DNA of 64,000 bases from Candidatus Dadabacteria bacterium. GTDB lineage: Bacteria; Desulfobacterota_D; UBA1144; Nemesobacterales; Nemesobacteraceae. Both the position numbers and the translations under genes were made by a program. The notes under the pieces are model-generated. The model worked only from the letters and a program-made list of their open reading frames with translations, was not told the DNA's origin and did no database searches. Numbering within the stretch: the first letter of the stretch is position 1; each line of letters starts with the position of its first letter. The stretch spans positions 1,469,928-1,533,927 of the forward strand of contig OX638332.1 of NCBI GenBank assembly GCA_951812735.1, given 5' to 3'. Below are positions 28,817-37,036 of this stretch, piece by piece.

Positions 28817-29946
28817 CGACTTTACTCACGATCAGCGAATGGGCGCTGCATACAAAAGCCCCCCTGCTTTCCAGGAAGCGTTAAGCCCTCTTTCAAGTGC
28901 TAGAGGAGTCTTGGGCCCCAGATGCCTTTCGAATATTTCCCCGTAGTTGCCTACGGCTGAAATTGCGTTAACGGCCCACTTTTTGTCAAGACCGAGCATT
29001 TCGCCCATGCTGCCTTCGGTGCCTAGAAAACGGTTCATACCCGGATTATTTCCAGGCTTCTTAGCGAGTTCCTTGACGTTTTTCTGGGTGATGCCCATCT
29101 CTTCTGCGATAATCAGCGCGTTGACCACCCACTTTCCGATATCAGCCCAACGGTCATCTCCGTGGCGCACCGCGCCGCCCAGGGGTTCTTTTGAAATGAT
29201 TTCGGGAAGAATCACATGCTCTGAAGGATTTTTCAGCGCCGCTCGCGTAGAGGCTAAAGCCGACGCGTCGGTTGTGTACACGTCGCATCTTCTGCTTTCA
29301 TACATGATGATGCTCTCTGCGTTGGTTCCGGTATTGAGATGCTCGTACTCCATTTTGTTGAATCTGAAGTAATCCGACAAGTTAAGTTCCGTGGTGGTGC
29401 CGACCTGGACGCATACTGAAGCCCCGGCCAGCTGTTTTGCCGACGTTACCCCAAGACTCCTGCGGATTAAAAAGCCCTGACCATCATAGTAGTTAACGGG
29501 TAGGAAGGTCAGTTTCAGGTCAGCGTCACGACTCAGCGTTTCGGTGGTGTTGCGGAAGAGTATGTCGCCTTCGCCAGCATTTAGCTGGGCAAAACGCGTT
29601 CTATTCGTAGACGGTACGAAATTTACCTTGTCCCCGCTTCCCAGCACGGCAGCGGCTACGGCGCGACAGAAATCGACATCAAAACCCTGCCAGCCGCCTT
29701 TTCCGTCCGGAGATGCGAATCCGGCCAAGCCCGATGAAACAATACAGTTGAGCTTGCCTCGCGCTTTGACATCCTCAAGGGTGCCGGCATCAGCCATGGC
29801 TGTGAATGAAAACAGTACGGCAATAATTGCCAGAAGCTTCGTTACTCTCATACCTACTATTTTCTTAAGCAGGATGAACCGTCTTGAATTTAAGGATGAA
29901 ATCAGATTTCTGCCCCCTCTCTTATGTAAAATAATCATATTTTCCA
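28817..29946. repeat. duplicated segment A (aapJ copy 1 plus about 15 nt 3' and about 95 nt 5' flank)
   Basis: Near-identical to 33077..34200, including the post-stop 'gtttactcacgatcagcgaatgggcgctgc' and the upstream 'cttgaatttaagga' element. Confidence 0.75.
28832..29851 (-). CDS. aapJ: general L-amino-acid ABC transporter substrate-binding protein, copy 1 (start at internal Met preceding the signal peptide)
   Basis: Signal peptide 'MRVTKLLAIIAVLFSFTAMA', then 'GKLNCIVSSGLAGFASPDGKGGWQGFDVDFCRAVAAAVLG' typical of the AapJ/BztA family. About 93% nucleotide identity to the 33093..34112 copy. Confidence 0.8.
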   Translation of the reverse strand: MRVTKLLAIIAVLFSFTAMADAGTLEDVKARGKLNCIVSSGLAGFASPDGKGGWQGFDVDFCRAVAAAVLGSGDKVNFVPSTNRTRFAQLNAGEGDILFRNTTETLSRDADLKLTFLPVNYYDGQGFLIRRSLGVTSAKQLAGASVCVQVGTTTELNLSDYFRFNKMEYEHLNTGTNAESIIMYESRRCDVYTTDASALASTRAALKNPSEHVILPEIISKEPLGGAVRHGDDRWADIGKWVVNALIIAEEMGITQKNVKELAKKPGNNPGMNRFLGTEGSMGEMLGLDKKWAVNAISAVGNYGEIFERHLGPKTPLALERGLNASWKAGGLLYAAPIR

Positions 29947-30741
29947 TCAGTGATTCAGTATCTGGCTTAAAAACAGCTTCGTTCTTTCATGCTGCGGGTT
30001 CAGGAAAAAGTCGTCGGGGTTGTTCTCCTCAATTATTTCTCCGTTGTCCATGAAGATGACGCGGTCGCCGACAGTTCTTGCGAATCCCATTTCATGGGTC
30101 ACGCATATCATGGTGATCCCTTCGCTTGCCAGCTGAATCATCACATCCAGCACTTCCTTGATCATTTCGGGGTCAAGTGCCGATGTGGGTTCGTCAAACA
30201 GCAGTATCCGGGGTTTCATGCAGAGACTTCGCGCTATCGCCACGCGCTGCTGCTGGCCCCCGGAGAGCTGACCCGGGTACTTGTCCGCCTGCTCGGGAAT
30301 CTTGACTCTTTCCAGGTATTGCATGGCAATTGCGTTTGCCTCCGCAAGAGGCATTTTGCGGACCCATATGGGGGCAAGGGTACAGTTCTCAAGCACCGTC
30401 AGATGCGGAAACAGGTTGAAGTGCTGAAAGACCATGCCCACCTCGCGCCGAATGATCTCGATGTTCTTGATGTCATGGGACAGTTCTATTCCCTCAACGG
30501 TGATTTCTCCCTGCTGGTGTTCCTCCAGCCGGTTGATGCATCTGATTAATGTTGATTTCCCCGAACCCGATGGGCCGCATATAACGATTTTTTCCCCGAC
30601 TTCGACATTAAGATTGATGTTTTTAAGCGCATGGAACTTGCCGTACCATTTGTGCACATCCCGCATTGTTACCGCATATTTCCCCGCGGCCGATTTTGTT
30701 TCCTCATTCACTGATTCAGGTTTTTGGGTCATTTGCGCCAT
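29947..30741 (-). CDS. aapP: amino-acid ABC transporter ATP-binding protein
   Basis: Walker A 'GPSGSGKST', signature '[15 protein letters not shown]', Walker B '[12 protein letters not shown]'. Confidence 0.85.
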   Translation of the reverse strand: MAQMTQKPESVNEETKSAAGKYAVTMRDVHKWYGKFHALKNINLNVEVGEKIVICGPSGSGKSTLIRCINRLEEHQQGEITVEGIELSHDIKNIEIIRREVGMVFQHFNLFPHLTVLENCTLAPIWVRKMPLAEANAIAMQYLERVKIPEQADKYPGQLSGGQQQRVAIARSLCMKPRILLFDEPTSALDPEMIKEVLDVMIQLASEGITMICVTHEMGFARTVGDRVIFMDNGEIIEENNPDDFFLNPQHERTKLFLSQILNH

Positions 30742-30746
30742 GCTCC

Positions 30747-31856
30747 TTATCTTTTATGATCGGTTTCCAGTTTGTTTTCAAGGTGCTGTGAATATCTTGC
30801 CATACCAAAACAGGAGATAAAAAAGAATATTGCCACGAACAGATAAACCTCGGTTGAGAGCCCCGTCCACTTTGTATCTGCGAGAGATGCCCTGCCTATT
30901 CCAAGCGGATCCAGAAGCCCGATAATAATTACCAGCGTTGTATCCTTGTATAGTCCGATAAAAGTATTCACTATGCCGGGTATGGAAATCTTCATCGCCT
31001 GGGGCAATACGATCAGCCTCATGGCGGACCAGTAATGCAGCCCCATTGAATCCGCGGCTTCGAACTGTCCTTTCGGTATTGCCTGCAGACCTCCACGGAT
31101 AACTTCCGCCATGTATGCCGACGCGAAAAGGGTAACCATAATCAGTACGCGCAGCAGAAGATCGAAAGTCACTCCTGGAGGGAGGAAATAATTAAGCATC
31201 GTTGAAGCTACGAACAGAAGAGTAATCAACGGTACTCCGCGGATAAACTCAATGAAGCCTATTGAAAATATCTGTATTGCGGGGAGCTTCGACTGACGAC
31301 CCAGAGCCAGCAGAATCCCGATCGGTAATGAAAACCCGATGCCGGTTATCCCGATGACCAGGGTAAGCATGAAACCGCCGAACTGGTCGGTTTCGACAGG
31401 GGTAAGACCCAGTCCTCCGACCAGAAGCCATGCGGTGACGAATGGGAAGGCGACCGCGATATGAAGAGCGTATTTGCGATAAGGCACTTTTTCAAAGAGT
31501 ATCGGAAAGAGAGTGAAAATCAGCAGGACAAGTGAAAGATTCACCCGCCAGCGCTCAGCGGCTGGGTAAAAACCATAGGTGAACAGGTTAAGACGTTCAC
31601 CTATAACTGCCCAGCACGCACCGCCAGCCTTGGCGCTGCATTCATCTCTGCTTCCCCCGGTAAATGCCGCGTCAAGAAACAGCCAGTCCACAAGCGCGGG
31701 AACGGTTTCAATCAGGAACCAGAACGCCAGAAGCGTTAAAACTATGTTTGTGGCACTTGAGAAAAAATTTTTTCTTGTCCAGGCGTAGATCCCTATTACG
31801 TTACGAGGCGGCGGAAGATCGGGATGCTCTCCAACTTTGTAGTTTTTTTGGTTTAT
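30747..31856 (-). CDS. aapM: amino-acid ABC transporter permease (AapM-like); start is probably a non-ATG codon upstream of the ORF-track Met
   Basis: The frame is open from just after the aapQ stop. The extension '[45 protein letters not shown]' looks like a genuine permease N-terminus. An AGGAGG RBS lies 8 nt before an in-frame ATA codon at 31856-31854. Confidence 0.7.
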   Translation of the reverse strand: MNQKNYKVGEHPDLPPPRNVIGIYAWTRKNFFSSATNIVLTLLAFWFLIETVPALVDWLFLDAAFTGGSRDECSAKAGGACWAVIGERLNLFTYGFYPAAERWRVNLSLVLLIFTLFPILFEKVPYRKYALHIAVAFPFVTAWLLVGGLGLTPVETDQFGGFMLTLVIGITGIGFSLPIGILLALGRQSKLPAIQIFSIGFIEFIRGVPLITLLFVASTMLNYFLPPGVTFDLLLRVLIMVTLFASAYMAEVIRGGLQAIPKGQFEAADSMGLHYWSAMRLIVLPQAMKISIPGIVNTFIGLYKDTTLVIIIGLLDPLGIGRASLADTKWTGLSTEVYLFVAIFFFISCFGMARYSQHLENKLETDHKR

Positions 31857-31868
31857 AACTATTTCCTC

Positions 31869-33044
31869 CTAACGTTCAACCAGCCTGATTCGTTTGTTGT
31901 AGATGTTCATCGCGAAGGATATCAGCAGGGATAACGAGAGATACAGCAATAGCACGATAATCATGCATTCCATTTCCCTGCCCGTCTGGTTAAGCGTAAT
32001 GCCACCGATGGTGGCGACTATATCCATGTAGCCGATCGCGATGGCTAGAGATGAATTCTTGGCAAGGTTAAGATATTGCGAGGTAAGCGGTGGTACTATC
32101 ACTCTCAGCGCCTGGGGAATCACGACTAGGTTAAGCGTTCTGCCGTGGTTTATCCCAAGGGCCAGGGACGCTTCGGTCTGCCCGTAATTGACGGAGATGA
32201 TACCGGCCCTTACTATCTCGGCTATAAACGCGGCTGTATACAGGGAAAGTGCAATCCAAAGTGCGGTGAATTCAGGCCTGATCACCATGCCTCCGCTAAA
32301 GTTAAATCCCGTCAGCGCGGGTATCTCAAAGGTGATCGGACCACCTATCAGAAAATAGGAGACAAACGGAATTCCCAGTATGGCCCCCAGCGATATCCAG
32401 AACACCGGGTAGTGCTCTCCCGTTTTTCTCTGTATGTCCGCCGCATATCTGCGGAACCATATTGTGAAAACAATCCCTGCGGTGAACAAGCCCAGAATCA
32501 CCAGAAACAGAGGTTCGAAAATTGGTTTGGGAAGAAAAAAGCCGCGATTAGTCAGAAACGCGATATCGCCGAGACTTTGCGCTTCTCTGGGCACGGGAAG
32601 CGTATTAACTATGATCCCGTATACAAGTAGTATGTGGAGCAGTACGGGTACATTCCTTACGTAATCAATATAGATGTGGGCAAGCTTGTTTGCCAGCAGG
32701 TTTTTCGACAGCCGCAGAACACCCAGCGAGAATCCAAGAACCGTTGCCAGAACTATGCCGCTTACCGCCACCAGAAGGGTGTTCAGAATTCCCACCAGCA
32801 TTGCGCGGAAGTGAGTGGAACGGGACGTGTATTCTATTAGATGCTGATTTATATCATAGCTTGCGGGCTCCTGCAGATAGCCGAAACTAAACCCTTTGCC
32901 TATTGCTTCAAGGTTGACAATGGCATTTCTTACTAGGTAGGCGAACAAGCCGAAGATCAGCACGACTGCGAGGACCTGAATAATAACGGATCGGGAATGT
33001 TCATCCCTCCACAATCGAGACAGAGAAACTTTTGGATCCATCAC
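31869..33044 (-). CDS. aapQ: amino-acid ABC transporter permease (AapQ-like)
   Basis: Polytopic permease with EAA-loop context 'EASLALGINHGRTLNLVVIPQALR'. Confidence 0.8.
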   Translation of the reverse strand: MMDPKVSLSRLWRDEHSRSVIIQVLAVVLIFGLFAYLVRNAIVNLEAIGKGFSFGYLQEPASYDINQHLIEYTSRSTHFRAMLVGILNTLLVAVSGIVLATVLGFSLGVLRLSKNLLANKLAHIYIDYVRNVPVLLHILLVYGIIVNTLPVPREAQSLGDIAFLTNRGFFLPKPIFEPLFLVILGLFTAGIVFTIWFRRYAADIQRKTGEHYPVFWISLGAILGIPFVSYFLIGGPITFEIPALTGFNFSGGMVIRPEFTALWIALSLYTAAFIAEIVRAGIISVNYGQTEASLALGINHGRTLNLVVIPQALRVIVPPLTSQYLNLAKNSSLAIAIGYMDIVATIGGITLNQTGREMECMIIVLLLYLSLSLLISFAMNIYNKRIRLVER

Positions 33045-33076
33045 ATTCGTGCTGCGGCTTCGGTTTGAATCATTAT

Positions 33077-34200
33077 TGACGTTTACTCACGATCAGCGAA
33101 TGGGCGCTGCGTACAAAATCCCCCCTGCTTTCCAGGAAGCATTAAGCCCCCTTTCAAGCGCTAGAGGAGTCTTGGGCCCCAGATGCCTTTCGAATATTTC
33201 CCCGTAGTTGCCTACGGCTGAAATTGCGTTAACGGCCCACTTTTTGTCAAGACCGAGCATTTCGCCCATGCTGCCTTCGGTGCCTAGAAAACGGTTCATA
33301 CCCGGATTATTTCCAGGCTTCTTAGCGAGTTCCTTGATGTTTTTCTGGGTGATGCCCATCTCTTCTGCGATAATCAGCGCGTTGACCACCCACTTTCCGA
33401 TATCAGCCCAACGGTCATCTCCGTGGCGCACCGCGCCGCCCAGGGGTTCCTTTGAAATGATTTCGGGAAGAATCACATGCTCTGAAGGTTTTTTCAGCGC
33501 CGCTCGCGTAGAGGCTAAAGCCGATGCGTCGGTTGTGTACACGTCGCATCTTTTGCTTTCATATGCGACGATGCTTTCTTCATTTGTTTCGGTATTGACA
33601 GGCTCGTACTTCATTTTGTTGGCTCTGAAGTAATCCGCCAGGTTAAGTTCCGTGGTGGTACCGGTCTGGATGCACACTGAAGCTCCGGCCAACTGTGTTG
33701 CTGACGTTACCCCAAGACTTTTGCGGATTAAAAAGCCCTGACCATCATAGTAGTTAACGGGCAGGAAGGTCAGTTTCAGGTCAGCGTCACGACTCAGTGT
33801 TTCGGTGGTGTTGCGGAAGAGTATGTCGCCTTCGCCAGCATTTAGCTGGGTAAAACGCGTTTTATTCGTAGTCGGTACAAATTTCACTTTGTCCCCGCTT
33901 CCCAGCACGGCAGCGGCTACGGCGCGGCAGAAATCGACATCAAAGCCCTGCCAGTTGCCTTTTTCATCCGGAGAGGCGAATCCGGCCAAGCCCGATGAAA
34001 CAATACAGTTGAGCTTGCCTCGTGCTTTCACATTTTCAAGGGTGCCGGCATCAGCCATGACTGTGAATGAAAACAGTACGGCAATAATTACCAAAAAATT
34101 TGTCACTCTCATACCAAGTACCTCCTTAGAGTAGGGTCTTTTGAATTTAAGGACGGAATCAAACATTTGAAAAACTCTCCTTATTCTAATTTTAAATGCA
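33077..34200. repeat. duplicated segment B (aapJ copy 2 with flanks)
   Basis: See 28817..29946. The 3' roughly 450 bp and the 5' roughly 250 bp of the genes are almost identical. Confidence 0.75.
33093..34112 (-). CDS. aapJ: general L-amino-acid ABC transporter substrate-binding protein, copy 2 (start at internal Met with strong RBS)
   Basis: Signal peptide 'MRVTNFLVIIAVLFSFTVMA'. 'taaggaggtacttggtATG' RBS. Differs from copy 1 mainly in a central block. Confidence 0.8.
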   Translation of the reverse strand: MRVTNFLVIIAVLFSFTVMADAGTLENVKARGKLNCIVSSGLAGFASPDEKGNWQGFDVDFCRAVAAAVLGSGDKVKFVPTTNKTRFTQLNAGEGDILFRNTTETLSRDADLKLTFLPVNYYDGQGFLIRKSLGVTSATQLAGASVCIQTGTTTELNLADYFRANKMKYEPVNTETNEESIVAYESKRCDVYTTDASALASTRAALKKPSEHVILPEIISKEPLGGAVRHGDDRWADIGKWVVNALIIAEEMGITQKNIKELAKKPGNNPGMNRFLGTEGSMGEMLGLDKKWAVNAISAVGNYGEIFERHLGPKTPLALERGLNASWKAGGILYAAPIR

Positions 34201-34368
34201 ATCATATTCTCCGGCGTTTTGCAATTAGGAATATCAGGGACGGAAGGAAAAATTTTTGCGAATTCAGAAATCAAAACGCGAGAAAAACAAGCAAGTCATT
34301 ATGACACACAGAGAACCGGTTGGCATTTGATAAACCAGAGATGGGATTTTAGAGGCGGACGAAGGAGT

Positions 34369-35904
34369 TTATTCGTCTTTGTCCGTTATTCTCGAGAAAA
34401 GGTTCTCTCCTTTTTTTATAGCCGTTCGGGGTTTCGTACCTCCCCAGTCTGTGTCTTCGGCGTCGACCTCGGTAGGGAGGCCGATTTTCTCCCGCATCTT
34501 GCGAGCGGTTTCCGGTAGAAACGGGTAGATGAGAAGGGAAATCACCCTGATGCTTTCGGCAAGCGTCCAGAGCACCACCTTGAGTCGTTCTCTCTGTTCT
34601 TCCTGTTTCGCGAGTTTCCAGGGCGCCGTGTTATCGACATACCTGTTTACAAGCGCTATAAATTCCCATATGCGGGAAAGCGCCCTGTTAAAAGCGAGTT
34701 CCTCAAGATCAGAGCGGACCTGTTGCGCCGTCTCTCGGTAGAAATCCCCTATTTTCTCCTCGCTTTCCGATAACTCAGCGGGCTCTGGAACGACACCCCC
34801 GAGGTATCTCTCTATCATCCCGAGCGAACGGCTCACAAGATTTCCGAGTCCGTTCACGAGCTCCCCGTTCACGCGGCTTACAAGCGATTTCCTGGAGTAA
34901 TCCCCGTCCTGTCCGAAAGGTATTTCACGAAGCAGAAAATAGCGGAAGATCTCGGAACCGAATTCCTCCACCACCTGATAGGGGTCAACCACGTTCCCCA
35001 GGGATTTCGACATCTTCTCCCCTTCGACAGTCCACCACCCGTGGGCGAAGACGGTTTTCGGTAGTGGGAGTCCCGCTGACATTAAAAACGCGGGCCAGTA
35101 GACAGCGTGGAACCTGAGTATGTCTTTTCCGACAAGATGAATGTCAGCCGGCCAGAACGCCTCGAAATCTCCGGTTTTCCGGGGGAAACCCAGTGACGTC
35201 AGGTAATTCGTCAGGGCGTCAAACCACACGTAGACCACGTGCCCTTCGGAGTCGGGAACAGGTATTCCCCATGAGAAGTTCGTCCTGCTTACGCTCAGGT
35301 CCCTCAGGCCTCCCTCAACGAAGCTTACGACTTCGTTTCTTCTGTAATCGGGTTTTATGAATTCTGGGTGTTCGCTGTAGTGACGAAGAAGAGGCTCCTG
35401 GTATTCCGAGAGCCTGAAGAAGTAGCTTTCCTCTTTTATTTTTTCAAGGCGAGGGCGGTTTTTCTCTGGAAGCTTCATTATCTCTTCAACCTGGGTTTCG
35501 GTTATGAAAGCCTCGTTTCTTACGTCGTACCACCCCTCGTACTCATCAAGGTATATATCCCCGTTTTTCTCTACGAGCCTCCAGATCTCGGAGACCGCCT
35601 CGTGGTGGCGCGATTCCGTAGTTCTTATGAAATCGGTGTTTGAGATGCCCAGAACTTTCCACAGATCCTGGAACTTTACTACCACCCTGTCGGCAAGTTC
35701 TATGGGAGTCTCTCCGCCCGTTTGGGCGGTCTGCTCTATTTTTCTTCCGTGCTCATCAGTTCCCGTTAGAAAGTAGACTTCGTGTCCCGAGGCGGCCTTG
35801 TATCTTGCTATCGTATCGGCCGCTATGGTCGTGTAGGCGTGGCCTATGTGCGGCACATCGTTTACATAGTAGATTGGCGTTGTTACATAGAACTGCTTTT
35901 TCAT
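34369..35904 (-). CDS. metG: methionine--tRNA ligase (short form without C-terminal EMAP domain)
   Basis: HIGH motif 'PHIGHAYTTIAADTIARY', KMSKS 'KMSKSLGNVV', zinc knuckle absent or short, 511 aa. Confidence 0.9.
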   Translation of the reverse strand: MKKQFYVTTPIYYVNDVPHIGHAYTTIAADTIARYKAASGHEVYFLTGTDEHGRKIEQTAQTGGETPIELADRVVVKFQDLWKVLGISNTDFIRTTESRHHEAVSEIWRLVEKNGDIYLDEYEGWYDVRNEAFITETQVEEIMKLPEKNRPRLEKIKEESYFFRLSEYQEPLLRHYSEHPEFIKPDYRRNEVVSFVEGGLRDLSVSRTNFSWGIPVPDSEGHVVYVWFDALTNYLTSLGFPRKTGDFEAFWPADIHLVGKDILRFHAVYWPAFLMSAGLPLPKTVFAHGWWTVEGEKMSKSLGNVVDPYQVVEEFGSEIFRYFLLREIPFGQDGDYSRKSLVSRVNGELVNGLGNLVSRSLGMIERYLGGVVPEPAELSESEEKIGDFYRETAQQVRSDLEELAFNRALSRIWEFIALVNRYVDNTAPWKLAKQEEQRERLKVVLWTLAESIRVISLLIYPFLPETARKMREKIGLPTEVDAEDTDWGGTKPRTAIKKGENLFSRITDKDE

Positions 35905-35989
35905 AATTTCAGTTTCCCGGATGAAGAGTATCCGGGTTTCGGATTAATAAAACACAATAAAGCGGCATTTCAATCTTCTAAAGGCTATT

Positions 35990-36985
35990 TTACTGCGATA
36001 ATCTAAGCAGAAGGTTTTCAAGAGAAACCTCGACATTCGCGTTATTCTCCGAAATCCTTGCCATTGTTTCCTCAAGAGCGGCGAATTTGCCCAGAAGTTC
36101 GGATACGTCCCTTTTCCCCGAGTATTCGCTTAACTGCTCAAGCAGGTCGGTATTCACTATCTCTTCTTTTTCCCCGGAAGTTTTGAGAATCACCGAATCC
36201 CGAAGCCATGTAGAGAGAATGTCAAAAACCGTTTTCAGTTCTTCCGGTCCGCCGCCTTTTACGTCTTTCTGTATTCTCTCCACGGAATCAAAAAGGGTAA
36301 GCGGCTTTTTACTGTCGACGGCTATTACGCAGTCTACGTATTCGGTTCTTTTGCGAAGGTACTCTTCATCGGTATTAAGCGCTCTTGAGATGCTGCCTCC
36401 GGATATTCTCGAGACAAGCTCCGGGTCATTGCCCTCCGGTTTTTCCTTTTCCAGAAAACTTTTTACCTGCTCCGTCTCAAGGGGCTGGAACACGACAGAC
36501 TGGCATCTTGATCTTATGGTAGGCATGAGCAGGTCTGCAAGCGTTGTTATAAGGATTATGACTGAGTTCGGCGGCGGTTCTTCAAGGGTCTTTAGAAACG
36601 CGTTCTGAGCGTTGAAGTTCATTCTCTGCGCGCCGTCGATTATGAAGACCTTGTATGGATTCTCATAGGGCGCCAGGTGAATCAAACGCTCTATGTCCTG
36701 TCTTACGTGGTCCACTTTTATCGTTTTCTCGCCCGGATATCCGAACACGAGAACATCGGGGTTAAGGCCTTTTTCTGTCTTCACGCACGAGATGCATTCG
36801 CACTCGGGGTTCTCTGCTCCGCCCTCGGAGCAGTTTATGAGTTTCGCGAAACCGATGGCGACCAGTTTTTTCCCTACGCCCTCGGGTCCTGAGAAAAGGT
36901 AGGCGTGCGAGATCCGGTTTTTATGGACCGAGTTCCGAAGAAATTCCTTCTGGGGTTCGTGTCCTATGATCTGCGGAAATCCCAT
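35990..36985 (-). CDS. holB: DNA polymerase III subunit delta'
   Basis: AAA+ clamp-loader fold with 'HAYLFSGPEGVGKK', the zinc module 'CSEGGAENPECECISC' and SRC-like 'TIRSRCQ'. Confidence 0.8.
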   Translation of the reverse strand: MGFPQIIGHEPQKEFLRNSVHKNRISHAYLFSGPEGVGKKLVAIGFAKLINCSEGGAENPECECISCVKTEKGLNPDVLVFGYPGEKTIKVDHVRQDIERLIHLAPYENPYKVFIIDGAQRMNFNAQNAFLKTLEEPPPNSVIILITTLADLLMPTIRSRCQSVVFQPLETEQVKSFLEKEKPEGNDPELVSRISGGSISRALNTDEEYLRKRTEYVDCVIAVDSKKPLTLFDSVERIQKDVKGGGPEELKTVFDILSTWLRDSVILKTSGEKEEIVNTDLLEQLSEYSGKRDVSELLGKFAALEETMARISENNANVEVSLENLLLRLSQ

Positions 36986-37036
36986 GGGGTTTTATCTTAC
37001 CGGTAAGCGCGGGCGTCTTCTATGCTCGGGAGGCGG

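Noticed and set aside
10037-29874. Shared 14-mer 'aagcaggatgaacc' at about 10037 and about 29860
   Set aside because: By my rough count, about a dozen exact 14-mer coincidences are expected by chance in a 64-kb window on two strands. No flanking similarity.
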